A stretch of 63,174 nt of DNA, the filler included, from Octopus bimaculoides (lineage: Eukaryota): NCBI RefSeq assembly GCF_001194135.2. It is 5 parts of 5 records of this genome, joined end to end, with 100 filler letters (N's around TTAATTAATTAA, not from the genome) between each part and the next. Parts side by side here need not be neighbours in the genome. Positions count along the whole stretch, not along the records: positions 18,172 to 32,860 come from NC_069005.1; positions 32,961 to 40,507 come from NC_068985.1; positions 40,608 to 60,270 come from NC_069003.1; 2 more parts are not named here. The stretch is one strand, 5' to 3'. The position numbers and the translations under genes were made by a program. Positions 27,681 to 40,677 of this stretch are shown here, in pieces; position 1 is the stretch's first letter, and the number at the start of each line of letters is the position of its first letter. The notes under the pieces are model-generated. The model was not told the origin of the DNA. It worked only from the letters and a program-made list of their open reading frames with translations, and made no database searches.

Positions 27681-29089
27681 GGAGCAATTTGCACTTTTTA
27701 TATTGTTTATATTTTATTATTTTGGTATTTATATTTAGGAAATAAATAAACGAATAAATAACCTTTTATTTTCTAAAAATTATTTTAATTATATTTTAAA
27801 GAAATAGAATTTCGTGAGGGGAGGTGCGGCTGTGGTTTCTAAAAATAATTAAAAACCTACATTAAATTCGATTTTCCATGGTAAGAAATACATGAATATG
27901 AATAAATTTTTATTTTTAGGTGTAGATATGTTTAAAATATTTAGATTAAAAATTAAAATTGCTGGGTTTTATAAAAAAACGTTCATGTAAAAGAAAAAAA
28001 AGTATATGAAAAGAAAAATAAGTCAAGGAGAAAATATCTCTCACAAGAAATACCTCGAAAATCTTATATCCCAACTTGCCCTTTCGATGATCTAACCACG
28101 TGACGTGACATCATATCTACATTTGTTGTTGAGGCCATTGCTGGGAAAAGTGGGAGGAGTTTAGCTAAGCTTACTTATGCCACTCACACACTAACTATTT
28201 CTATTTCTCTATCTCTTTCTCTCTATCTATTCCTCTTACAGCCCTTCTCTCTGTTTCCCTCTCTATTTCTATCTTACTATATTTGTTTTCCTTCTATATT
28301 TTTCTCTCTTTCTCTCTATCATTTTATCTTTCTCTCTCAGTATACTCCATGCTCTTCCCTCACTCTTGACATTTTTATAACCTCTCTTCTTGCTCTCTAC
28401 TTTAAACACTGCAAATATTACTTCAACATTGATACACAGACACACACATACACACGCACGCACACATACATACATAGTTATTCAAAGACAGAGAGTTACA
28501 TCAGCACATGCTTGTGTGAGTGCGCGTGTATAATATAGTTCAGAGAGTTACATAAGTAATATATGTACGCATATATACTTGCCTTTATCTACATACATAC
28601 ACATCTTTTATTAGTTTCAGTCATTTGACTGCAGCCATGCTGGGGGCACCGTCTTCCATGTGTGTGCGTGTATGTACTTATGTGTATATACACACATATT
28701 ATAAAGAGAGAGAGAGGAATACAGACCAAAATAGCGTGTACGTGCGCGTTCATGTATTTGCATGCGCGCGCGTGAAGTGGAGCTGAACTTTTCGTTATTG
28801 AATGGAAAAGTTAAGAGAGTTCAGCGTATTACGATTGTGCATGTAGCTTAACACTGAACTCAATATGTATGGATATATGTCTGTATATATGTATGTATGT
28901 ATGCATGCATGTATGTATGTATGGATGGATGGATGGATGGATGGATGGATGGATGGACGTACGTACGTATGTATGTATGGATGGATATGTGCATATAAGT
29001 ATGCATGCATGAGTGAATGTATGTAGGTAGGTAGGTAGGTAGGTAGGTAGGTACGTATGTATGTATGTATGTGTGCGCGCACGCGCGCG

Positions 29090-29243
29090 CGTGGCTGTGT
29101 AGTAGGATGTTTGCTTTCCAACCACATGTCTCCGAGTTCAGCCCCACTGCGTGACACTTTGGGCAGGTGTCTTCTGCTATACCCTCAGGCCGACCAAAGC
29201 CTTGTGTATAGATTTCGTAGACAGAAATTTGGAAAAAGCCTCT

Positions 29244-29245
<2 letters not shown>
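29090..29245 (+). mobile_element. tRNA-head SINE, 5' half
   Basis: GTGGCTGTGTAGTAGG...GAGTTCAGCCCCACTGCGTGACAC...GGCCGACCAAAGCCTTGTG. Confidence 0.75.
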
Positions 29246-29275
<30 letters not shown>

Positions 29276-29305
29276 NNNNNNNNNNNNNNNNNNNNNNNNN
29301 NNNNN

Positions 29306-30110
29306 GTATCTGAGTACAGGTCGTTGCAAGGCCACATAGAACATTTCCTTCATCAGCTGCCATCATTCTAAAACTAAGCGTTTTATATATTATATCAGTT
29401 GAAATAAATTTAAAACATGGTCTGGTTTTCACATTTTTTATTATGATATTTTAACATTAAAAAAAATTTTTTTTGTAATGCTCATAAAGTTAAATTAGCG
29501 CTTTCATACATAGAGTAATCATCAGATTTCATATGTGTTTAAGTGACAGTTGAGTTCTTGACAAGTTTAGTATCTCCTAAAACGCTCCAATAAGCTGAAT
29601 TTTTAGAATACGGTTTTGATCAATCCGCATGCAGTTTAAACATCACGGTTTGCCTGGCGTACCGATATTCTGTAATTTGTTTATATTTATATGCTAAAGA
29701 TAGTTTTGAATTCACATCATTTACTGGTTGTTATATTATTGCTGTTATTTCTGTTCATAAGAGGTTTGAACATTTTAATAAACCGGTTTTTTTTTCTTTT
29801 ATCTTTCTTCCAACTTCACTTGTGTCATATAGTTTGTGGAAAGGAAAAATTAGAAACATTTTCTGACCACATGTCTCTATACGTTCGCTCAGTGGAATTT
29901 GGTGAACATGGGTGTTCCAGATTTGTTGTCTGTGGACTCTTGAGCGTTCCGATAATGCATTCCCTGTCTCGCCTATATATAATTCCTCACAATTCGGGCA
30001 TTTAAAGTAGTAGATCAAATTTCTGCTTTTGCTGTTCATATCTGCATTTGCGAAAATCTGTTCCAACTGCCTACTTGGAAGATTCTACCTCTTTAAAGCT
30101 GTACTTTATA
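29306..30110 (-). mobile_element. Penelope-like element 3' fragment (GIY-YIG relic and 3' region)
   Basis: ORF 29755-30066: NLIYYFKCPNCEELYIGETGNALSERSRVHRQQI. A CTGATGA core lies at 29350-29356 near the gap. Confidence 0.8.
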
Positions 30111-31207
30111 GGGCATCCCTCACAACATCCGATGGCTTCACAAGTCACTACACAGGCATAACAGTCAATACCTTTAATAGCCGGTAAACACAGCATATGC
30201 AATTCTTAAGCGATAGGGAAAATTCCACCCACCTGCTTCATCTGAATACTCCACAAGCTTCGGAACGACTTCCCCAACATCGAAGAGACTACATATATTG
30301 CACCAGCTTGCAGTGTCCATCATTCATATTGTTACCATCAGAGGTACACCCTTTTAATGAACTTCAAGCCAATGGCAGTTGACAATCCAGATATACTACA
30401 TTAGGCCTGGCTGCTCCACACACAGGAGAAGGTTACTTTAACCTTGCCGACCGTATAGACAACAGCCCCACTCATGATGACCTTCCAACCTCAGTTTTGA
30501 ATTTAGTACCACCAAATCGAGTTACTCTCAATTAAAGACTGCAACCGCTAATGCGTTAACAACACTCCACTGAACGACTACCGAGCTACTAACCCGCGAC
30601 AGCTACCTACTCATTCAAATACAATGAACTGATGTCGCTGAACACATTATACCACATACTGGGGATAAACTTCTTCCGAATCTTATCCGAGCATGTAGGC
30701 TTAAAAATTAAAGAAAATAACCGATGTGGCCTCCGCACCAATGACATCATGTAACCTGAGCTGACCAATAGAGACCCGACTCCTAGAAGCCATCTTCAAT
30801 TTGTCTGAAATCACATTACTCTTCCCTAGATATCTAATGAGATGGGCTCGTCCAACAAACCAACGAAACTTTGAGTTGTATGGAGATGAATTAAACTTTT
30901 ATTAAATAACATATATGCTTGGTGCTTCTTTCTTTCGTTTGTCCACTCACTCGTGTGTGTGGTGTTGTGCGTGTGTGTCTGTGTGTTGTACGTGTGTGTT
31001 GTTTGTGTGTGTTGTATGTGTGCATGCATATATGAATGTTTGTATATACGCATCAGTACATATACGTATACACACACTCAAACAAATATTTATATATGTA
31101 TTTACGCAACCAGACGGGGACATGGACTCACACAAGCGTACGCAAATACACACACACACATACATATACACACACGCACACATACACACACGCACATATA
31201 TAAATAC

Positions 31208-31272
<65 letters not shown>

Positions 31273-31693
31273 NNNNNNNNNNNNNNNNNNNNNNNNNNNN
31301 NNNNNNNNNNNNNNNNNNNNNNNNNNNNNNNNNNNNNNNNNNNNNNNNNNNNNNNNNNNNNNNNNNNNNNNNNNNNNNNNNNNNNNNNNNNNNNNNNNNN
31401 NNNNNNNNNNNNNNNNNNNNNNNNNNNNNNNNNNNNNNNNNNNNNNNNNNNNNNNNNNNNNNNNNNNNNNNNNNNNNNNNNNNNNNNNNNNNNNNNNNNN
31501 NNNNNNNNNNNNNNNNNNNNNNNNNNNNNNNNNNNNNNNNNNNNNNNNNNNNNNNNNNNNNNNNNNNNNNNNNNNNNNNNNNNNNNNNNNNNNNNNNNNN
31601 NNNNNNNNNNNNNNNNNNNNNNNNNNNNNNNNNNNNNNNNNNNNNNNNNNNNNNNNNNNNNNNNNNNNNNNNNNNNNNNNNNNNNNNNNNNNN

Positions 31694-31753
<60 letters not shown>

Positions 31754-32018
31754 AGCGTATGGGAGTTTTAGTTCACTGGTGATCTAAACAAATACGTTCG
31801 CTGTTCTAAGTGCTATAATCGGTCATCCGTTAGGTTCCAAGTTCACGGCTGAGACTGGAGCTAGGGATCCGTAGTAAGCTCCCAAGTTACCAAGTATATA
31901 TTAGAGGAATAAGGACAGCAAAAACCAAGACAGGACGAGTATCTCAAGTCATTTAGAGTATTTAATTAGAGTAAGGTGAATTTGAAGTAATTAATTAGTC
32001 AATTAATTAATTATTGAA

Positions 32019-32118
32019 TGTCTTACAGCTGTTTCTGGAATATCTACAGCTGTTTCTGGAATATCCCATGTGATAGGTTAGCATCTCCATACACTGGGTA
32101 TTTCCGTCATCAGAGACA
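32019..32118 (-). ncRNA. Type-I hammerhead ribozyme fold with duplicated GAAA-stemIII-UA module, in a PLE/retrozyme-type repeat (about 31790-32135)
   Basis: Minus strand: UGUCU-CUGAUGA-[CGGAAAUACCCA...UGGGAUAUUCCA]-GAAA-CAGCUG-UA-GAUAUUCCA-GAAA-CAGCUG-UA-AGACA. Core, stem I (UGUCU/AGACA) and palindromic stem III are all visible. Confidence 0.8.
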
Positions 32119-32544
32119 AGGTATGTCTGAAAGTTCTAGACATGGAATTCACAGTTTATAAAGGAATAAAATAATGGATAGAAGAATAAAGCGTAACAGT
32201 AGACAGAAGAATACAGACAGGAGAATAAAGTCCACAGCTTTAATTTACATATATATATATATATGTATACCGTATATACTCTCAGACGTATAACTCTGTG
32301 TATGCATGTATGCATGTATACACGCACACATACGTACACGCGCGCGCACACATCTATATATACAGACATAATGACTTATTATGACTACAGAACAAAAGGC
32401 TGCTGCTTTGTATATATCAAAGGAATAGTGAAGTGTTTGACTTTTGACCCTCTTTACTGCTAAGACAATAACATTTCCAAAACACAGAGGGACGAACAAA
32501 GACGAAATATTAAAACATCACGTAAGAATTCTCAGGAAAGTTTA

Positions 32545-32778
32545 TTATTATTATTATTGTTCAGTAGTTTTATTTTAATAACGTGCTTTCACTTCACTAC
32601 CGAGCGCAGCTCTGTGCGCCTTGGGTATGTGCTGTGGTTTGCTGTGGTGCTCTTATGTTTACTGTATTGAAAGTGTTTTGCGTAGAATGTGTGCAGTACC
32701 CAGTAGTGCAATTTTCTGAATGTTATATATATTTGTAAGTCCTGGTGTTTTTGTTATGTATTTGTCTGAATATTGTTT
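32545..32778 (-). mobile_element. R4/Dong-clade non-LTR retrotransposon 3' end within a (TAA)n microsatellite
   Basis: Minus translation ...TPGLTNIYNIQKIALLGTAHILRKTLSIQ* (end of a restriction-like endonuclease), short UTR and (TAA)n on both sides. Confidence 0.8.
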
Positions 32779-32785
32779 TATCATC

Positions 32786-32860
<75 letters not shown>

Positions 32861-33027
32861 NNNNNNNNNNNNNNNNNNNNNNNNNNNNNNNNNNNNNNNN
32901 NNNNTTAATTAATTAANNNNNNNNNNNNNNNNNNNNNNNNNNNNNNNNNNNNNNNNNNNNTGCTCGAGTAAAGGCGGTGCTCCAGCATGGCCGCAGTCAA
33001 ATGACTGAAACAAGTAAAAGAGTAAAA

Positions 33028-33067
<40 letters not shown>

Positions 33068-33715
33068 GTACACACGCACATCCACATATTTATGCGTACA
33101 CGAATGAGTCTCTGTTTGTGTATTACAAAATAGAGAAAAATAGTGGCACTTAAAGGGCATTAAAATCTCAACCACAGCTACAACGATGTTCTTATAGATT
33201 ATACAATGTAAACTGATCTCTCATTTAGCTAAAGACCTCTTTTTTGCCACATTAACAATTCCATGCAGTTTCTCTTTGTCTCGCTAACATATGCATTTAC
33301 TTAATGGACGCCAATTAACGACAAAGGTATATCTTTTCTTTATGGTGGTTACAAGTACAATATAAATTTACTTAGTTGATTAAACAAAATATATTATTTA
33401 CAAAATATTTGCTTTGTTGGGATTAATAAATACGCATTACTTCCTCATTAAAACTAATTAGTTAATAACGTATTTCACCCTTATTGATCCCCATTAAAAT
33501 CCTAACATTGACTGTCAAGTAGACACAATGTTCTAGGATCATTTTTCTTCAATTATTCCACTGGTTGCTCCCGTACAGGGCAGACAAATTCACAGCTACA
33601 CATCGTAAATATATAATTAGTCCAGTTAAGAACGAGATAATAGTTGCATTAAATTCTAGCTAATCATTTATTTGTCTGACAACGCAAAATATATTCATAT
33701 CAATCTGCTCTAATG

Positions 33716-33756
<41 letters not shown>

Positions 33757-33831
33757 AAACTCTTTTATATTTCCTTATGCTGCACAAAAGAGTCGTTCAA
33801 TGGTTCAATAGTTCGTATTCTGAAAGCGGCG

Positions 33832-33930
33832 AGCTGGCAGAATTGTTAGCATGCTCGGCAAAATGCTCAGCGGCATTTCGTCTGTCTTCACGTTCCGAGT
33901 TCAAATACCGCTGAGGTTGATTCTGCTTCT
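33832..33930 (+). mobile_element. tRNA-like SINE head (second family)
   Basis: GGCGGCGAGCTGGCAGAATTGTTAG (A-box-like) ... GAGTTCAAATACC (B-box). Similar heads at about 46870-46970 and 51300-51430. No intact tRNA cloverleaf. Confidence 0.65.
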
Positions 33931-34859
33931 TTGATTTTCGAAGAATCTAATTTTTCATTTCCTTCGTTATTTTCCTGAGGCGGGGTAACTTGTCGTTTTA
34001 AAGAAATGATTTCATCTCACCTGTTTCCTTTGTTTATATTAGGAGACGAGGTGTTTGATTCATGTATATCTAATACTAGGCACAAAGATATTTCACTAGC
34101 AATTGCTAGAGGTTTGTTCTGGAGACCGTGGTGGTAGTGGTGGTGGAATTATTGCTCATTTCATTATTGCCATCATCTTCATTATTTTCATCAACGACGT
34201 GATAGCTGTAGCCATGAAGCTTTATAAAGGCACGTATAAATTTGATAAGTGGCATGCATAAAACCGTACTCCTTGGAGTCACTTTTGTAGCTCTCTATCG
34301 ATTGGAAATAATAACAAGAATAAAAAAGGTTTTATGAGCGTTTTACGTGCATATTTCTGTATATATACACATATATATTTGTATAGTTCAAGGACTTTTA
34401 TATATAAAAACAATGAGCAAAATAAGCACTGTTCCACCCTACATATAGTTTATACCGAATACAATCATGACAATAAAAACATTGCTTATACCCAAGTCAT
34501 TTGGAACTGAGCTTAGTTATGCTACAGAAACACTCGGTTCATTCAAACAAGAGTAGGTTAACAAAATACTCTTTGATGACCTAATAATATAGTTAGCAAT
34601 AGACAAACAGTGAAGAATATATTAATATTATTTTTAAATCACGTGCAGAGGAACTTGAAAAGCGTGCCGGATTGAATGCATTGCAGTTTTTACTTAGAGT
34701 TCTTTATATCATAAGCTCAAATCTCTTTTGGGTGCCTTTTTTTTTAATAATTTTGGGATCGATAACATAAAATATGAGCTAAACATTGGCTTAGTTTAAT
34801 CTAGTGCTCCCGCCCGCCAATTTTCTTTCCATCTCAGGAATCAGAAACTCCAACTGTTT

Positions 34860-35460
34860 GGTATAATCCAACTAAAATCAGGTCTCCATCTGTCAGTCAC
34901 AACCAGCGTTCATGACTTCTAGCATCCTCGGTTTATTGCATGAATGCATGAATTGTCCATGTAATTCCTTCTTTTTCCAACTATTTGTCCTGTCATTCTT
35001 CTATCTATTCTAGAATTTCGTTACTATTTCAGTGAATTTCAGTGATCTTGACTGCAGACTATATTCACTCTTCACTAAGCACAGCATTTGTTTTCAAATC
35101 AAATAACGCAGTACTGATAGTGTCTTCTGAGTTTAACAAACGTCTGCCATATTTTTTCTTTCTTGGTAAGCTCGGCATGTTAATATTAGTTTTTGTATTG
35201 TGAACTGTGACCAGTATTTTAATCCTTCTAACCAGTTCCTATAGCGCTGTCCTTGTCCATTTTAGAAAAGGAACACTGTTTCCTAGTACTGGCATGGTCC
35301 GTGTGTTGAGTACCTTCATGAAACTGCCTCCATTTAGTTTTGTTCAGAGTGCCTTCTTAACTGTTCTCTTCTACCCATTGAAGACTTTCCCTTTCATTTC
35401 TCTTTCTATTACCTTATCATCCTGCAGCACCTCAATTTATATCTATCCTTTATTTTCTCT
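34860..35460 (-). mobile_element. R4/Dong-type RT thumb relic
   Basis: Minus translation VLQDDK...KLNGGSFMKVLNTRTMPVL...KWT...LPRKKKYGRRLLNSED and EDARSHERWL*LTDGDL resemble the 'SKLNGGN...RLYLPRKxGGRGL...WxWL' region of this clade. Confidence 0.7.
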
Positions 35461-35463
35461 CAT

Positions 35464-35900
35464 TCAAGAATGAGATTCCAGCAAGCAAACAACTTGTGGA
35501 AGTGTGATACACATCTGCCCATATACTTGTGCTGCAGAACATGGGCGATAACAAACACAGCAATCAAAGTCAAGGATGTTGTTAATAACGATGACTTCAC
35601 TTAGGTCGTCGTAAACTCCATGGCCCACTATGAGCAGGTAGTGAAAGCTGATGTAACGAAGAATGGCCTGTAGCTGGGCGAAGGTTTCGGTAGACAAAGT
35701 CCTTATGTCATCCGAAAATCACAAGGCTACTCCAGACCTCTTTTCAGTTATAAATGCGGAAGGAAAAGCGATGAGACTTGCAGTAGAAGGACGGAAGCCG
35801 AGTTGCCGTATCTATTGTAGCAAAAACCACAGGATATTTTTCTGGTTGCGGGAACAGTTAAAATAGAAAGAGAAAGGTAGAAAGTGCGGCAACAGTTCCC
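35464..35900 (+). mobile_element. Possible LINE ORF1 (gag-like) relic
   Basis: Frameshifted ...TPDLFSVINAEGKAMRLAVEGRKPSCRIYCSKNH resembles the 'VEGRxPxCxxCxxxGH' zinc-knuckle approach. Weak match. Confidence 0.35.
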
Positions 35901-37283
35901 AGAAGATACTGCAGTTCTGAAAGCACGATCGCTCAAAGGTCTGTAACAAGCGGAGATTATCCTGCTCCCTTTCTAGCAGAATCTAACGGGAGCCTGAATG
36001 ATCCCTTTTTCTGACCATGAATAGCAGTAACATGGAGAGGGAGAAGGAGAAGTAGAGTGATGAACAGTAGTACCAATAGTAAGGACAAACTGGTTTACAG
36101 AAAATCCGTTTTGCCCTTGGTCACAGAAGCTAACGATTGAGAACCGTCTCTTCCCTCAATTAATAGTTTCCTAACTCTCTCTTCTGACTTTATGAAATAA
36201 TGGAAGCCGGAAATGAATGGAAAATAACCGAAAAAAGGGAAGATAAAGGTACAACAGAAAAGGAAGGGCGAGCCAGATCTAAACATACGCAAAATGAAAG
36301 AAAGAGAATGGCAACGACAAACTATTCAAATAACTTCCTAGACGGAGCAAACGGGTTGAGGGACAAAGGAGAGAGTAGTATAATCGCAAGTAAAAGGATA
36401 AATAGGGCTAAAATACAGGAGACACTTAAATGATAGATATTTGACGAAAATGTCACCAAAGTGTTTTGAAAGTGTGTGGGTGGGTAACCATTAATGTTTC
36501 TGTATGTGCTTTTAAAACACTTACTTTTATGTAGGTTGTTATTTATGATATGTCCTTATTTTCACACAAAGATTTTGAAGTGTCTTCTTTGCATAACGTC
36601 CCTGACCCACTCCACGGTTTTGAAAATATACCTTGTTCTTCATTTTCACACGTTTTCATAGCCCGCGATCCTTTAATATATAACGTTTCAGGTAATTTTA
36701 AGTTTGAAGGAAATTGAATGTAATTGCCCACAGGGGTAAATAAAGAAAAGATTGATAGTATTATCATTGTTGTTGTTGTTGCTGTTGTCGCTGTTATCAT
36801 TATTATTGTTCACCACTGACCTAGTTAGACGTGTTTTGCAAGACGATCTTAAAAACACTGCATTCTACCACGTACAAAAGCATGTAATATTAGATTTAAA
36901 AAAAAATTTCATTTGTACACAAATACTCTTTAAAAGGAAAAGTTCAAAACAAAACTACCACTGGCAAACTAAACAAGAGATGAACAAGAAAATATTGTAG
37001 TGAAAGACAAATACGTTATCAAAGAAAACAAGAAAATTAATGATATTTTCATTGAAAACGCTGCTAGTATGAGCAACGCTAGCAGTTTTTCGGCAAAGAA
37101 AACAACATCGATCACAAAGCATTATACATAAACGAACACATACCACGCAAAACCAGAAGGTAAGAAACTATTTTTGAACACTTTCACCTGTGTTCGCAGA
37201 CCAAGAAAGAACCTGGATATGATCGGATTCAAGCAACAGAAAGTAACCTGGGAATATTCTCTGGAACAGGAAATTTTTTAATC

Positions 37284-37361
<78 letters not shown>

Positions 37362-38739
37362 GCACACAAACTTGAAAATGGTGGGAATTTTCATTTGCTC
37401 TCAAAAAAAACTAACTGGAAGAGAGTCTATCCGCGATGAGAAGATAAGTATTCGCTATTTGATGCAATAAGGCCTACGGAACTCTGTCTTAAGCGTAGAA
37501 TCGAAGCCACAGCATGGGGTACACACTCACACATACATTTCTTCTACAATATTTGGGCCATAAAAAAATGCAAAGGTGACAGTCAGGGTCAAGGGCTAAG
37601 GTAATGACCATTGGTTCATCGTAATGTCGTCGCATTATGGACGAGGATTCAGAGCAGAGTTAACGAGACAAGACAGTTGATCGTGGGGCGGTTAGTATGG
37701 ACTTACAACCAGTGAAAAATTACAGAGTTATATCGAAGTTGTGCTCAGTTGAGAGATCAGAGACGAAAGCTATGGTTTTCATGAGAGTAAGAGCCACTCG
37801 AGAAATTTTCTCCTGAAGAGCTGGTGTAGCGAAGAAGGGAAGACAGAGGAGAACCATAGGTTTGAGTTTCCAGAACCCTATCGGCCACAGTTTCGGTGCC
37901 TGTCATCTCATTAGCATAACTAGTCACGACTCCGACTGTAACTTAAGGTGACCATAAAAATCCCCGTTTCTCTGGGCTCAAGATGCAAACGACAAGGCTT
38001 TTCTATCAGCAATACTCCCTTGCTGTTACATGATGATGGGGAAGATCAGCTAGAAGGGCAAACTGCTGGAGAAAATTTCAAAGATAAAAACTCCCCAACA
38101 AGGAATATGAGCTTAACGGAAAAACGACCAAAATTTTCACGGACCGGGTTCATGATACCAACATGATTTTTTTTCATAGGGTTTTGATGGAAAGCAAATG
38201 ACCAATAAACTAAGCAGACAATGTGCAAAGAACAATATGAGAAGTCAGTCTGAATATGTACGATCAGATTGGATCCCGCTATACGTAGCACATCAGAAAC
38301 AAGTCGCTTGCAAGAGTAATCTATAAATTTTACAATATGCTGTACTCAAACAGCAGCCAAGATATAGCCCCTTTCTTGCACGCCCCAACAACCAAAATGC
38401 ACAGAAGCTCGTCTGAAATCAATATTTTTCAGTATCAGTACCTGGATGAAAGAGCGTAAAGTGTAGGACTGCGGGGTGCTCTGTTCCAGTCTGGTTGTGC
38501 TAAAATTTAAAATCATATCGTATTTTAGATAATTTGTGTTTTTCTGTGATCATTTATTTCTGTGTATTTACTTTGTTACTACAAATTTTCAAATCATTTC
38601 CTCTGAGTTACATAACAGCTTCGCTCCTCGCCTTATTTCTGTATCATGTTTGTCTAATACGCATGTTTTTTTAACCTCCATATATACATTGTTGTTGTAT
38701 GAATGCGCCCTTCTCGTAAATACAGGTATAAAAAGAAAC

Positions 38740-38846
38740 TCTTCTTCTTCTTCTTCTTCTTCTTCTTCTTCTTCTTCTTCTTCTTCTTCTTCTTCTTCTT
38801 CTTCTTCTACTCCTCCTCCTCATGCACCTCCTCCTCCTTCTTCTTC

Positions 38847-38907
<61 letters not shown>

Positions 38908-38922
38908 TAATAATAATAATAA
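38740..38922. repeat. Compound microsatellite (CTT)n-(CTC)n-(AAT)n
   Basis: Directly visible. Confidence 0.95.
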
Positions 38923-39439
38923 CAAATGGGAGAATTGATAGCTGTTGAGCGGTAGTTATTCCGGCTCTTTACATTCCAAGCTCAAATCTCATCTTGACTT
39001 TCACTCTTTCAGCGTCGACAAACTAAAGCACTAATCAAGTACAGGTAGGAACAACAGCCAAATCTGCTTCATAATGCAAACTTTACTGTATTAGTACGCA
39101 AAGGCGACATTGGATAATGTCGTCGTAGTAAGGATTGCTGCAGCTAGAACGCTTTTGATCATCGGTCTGGTAACTTAAGTCTTAACTGGAGATAAATAGA
39201 AAAACCACCACCATTAACAACAGCAACAACTGAGATGAGAGGTGATGAGAGAAACAACGGGATTCTACGCTATTTGAGTGTTAAATTTTGTCACTGACTT
39301 GGACCAAGGTAGACATACTGTGTGTGATGTTCGGTTGTAGTCCATAAAAGATATATAAGTAGTATGCTGACGTCCATTTTGTTTAATTATACTCTAATTT
39401 AGGGGCTCAAATCAATCTTGAAAGTGCATGATGCGGCTA

Positions 39440-39757
39440 ACGTAGGCTCATGTAGGCACACGTAGGCTCATGTAGGCACACGTAGGCTTATGTAGGTACA
39501 CGTAGGCTCATGTAGGCACACGTAGGCTTATGTAGGTACACGTAGGCTCATGTAGGTACNNNNNNNNNNTAGGCTCATGTAGGTACACGTAGGCTCATGT
39601 AGGCACACGTAGGCTTATGTAGGTACACGTAGGCTCATGTAGGTACACGTAGGCTCATGTAGGCACACGTACGCTTATGCAGGTACACGTAGGCTTATGT
39701 AGGTACACGTAGGCTCATGTAGGCACACGTAGGCTTATGTAGGCACACGTAGGCTTA
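39440..39757. repeat. 20-bp minisatellite (ACGTAGGCTYATGTAGGYAC), about 16 copies, built from two related 10-mers
   Basis: Directly visible, with a 10-N gap inside. Confidence 0.95.
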
Positions 39758-39760
39758 CCA

Positions 39761-40400
39761 TCTATACATATAAATTTGACATGGGCGATTCTTTCTTGTC
39801 TTGGGATTCACGGTCAAACGGCTTGGTGGAATTGCACGAAAAATTACACAGATATGTAGAATGATCCGGTGGAGATGCTTGGCTTTGTATTTTATCATAG
39901 CTCCCATGGTTACCGAGATAAGCTACAATAATAATACTCTGGGGTGATAGATGAATAAGGAAGGAAGGGGTGATGTCATATATTTTCATAGCTCCCATGG
40001 TTACCGAGATAATTTACTATAATAATACTCTTGTGTTTATGAAGGAGAAAAGAAGGGGTGATAGATGAATAAGGAAGGAAGAGGTGAGCGTTTCAACTTT
40101 GCGTGAATATATGTGTGTGTATGTAAAAGGGAGTATGTGAATGTGTGTGTGTGCGTGTGCGCGTGCAGTGTAGGTGGGATGGTTCATCTTTGTTCGATTA
40201 GTATTTGGGTTTATTTTTTGATTTGGTTGAATCTTGTTTTTTTTTTGTTGGTCAGTTATTTTTAGCGCTTTGACAGAAAAAAGTCATTCTAAATTTGTTT
40301 CTTAACGTAAGAGTGCCCAAACAAGTCGAATGCTAACACAGAGCAGGTTTTACAGACACATCATCCAAACCGACCAGGTGAAACCGGGCTTAGCTGTTTG
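39761..40400 (+). mobile_element. Probable non-autonomous Helitron
   Basis: Starts A|TCTATACATATAAA, has an AAACGGCT...GAAAAATT..CACAG subterminal motif and internal direct repeats, and ends in a CCAGGTGAAACCGGG hairpin-like motif. The terminal CTAG is degenerate. Confidence 0.5.
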
Positions 40401-40613
40401 TAACGTTTATAAAATAGAGTTATTGCATAACGTTACACTAAGCATTACAAAAGAAAATAAATTTTGACTTTTATTTCCAACAGGTAGACATACTTAATAT
40501 GTCCTTTNNNNNNNNNNNNNNNNNNNNNNNNNNNNNNNNNNNNNNNNNNNNTTAATTAATTAANNNNNNNNNNNNNNNNNNNNNNNNNNNNNNNNNNNNN
40601 NNNNNNNTATACA

Positions 40614-40653
<40 letters not shown>

Positions 40654-40677
40654 CACATATACATATACATACATATA

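Noticed and set aside
33832-33930. tRNA gene candidates here and at other SINE heads
   Set aside because: A/B boxes are present but there is no complete cloverleaf, and they continue into SINE bodies.
36543-37170. Coding-looking stretches (minus ...TPVGNYIQFPSNLKLPETL...; plus ...ENKKINDIFIENAAS... with a donor-like site at about 37160)
   Set aside because: No recognisable domain, no convincing paired splice sites, and in-frame stops.
37880-37930. CUAAUGA...GAAAC on the minus strand
   Set aside because: Core mutated, stem II mismatched and no UH plus stem I partner.
39440-39757. Regular repeat that might be taken for a CRISPR array
   Set aside because: No unique spacers; it is a eukaryotic minisatellite.
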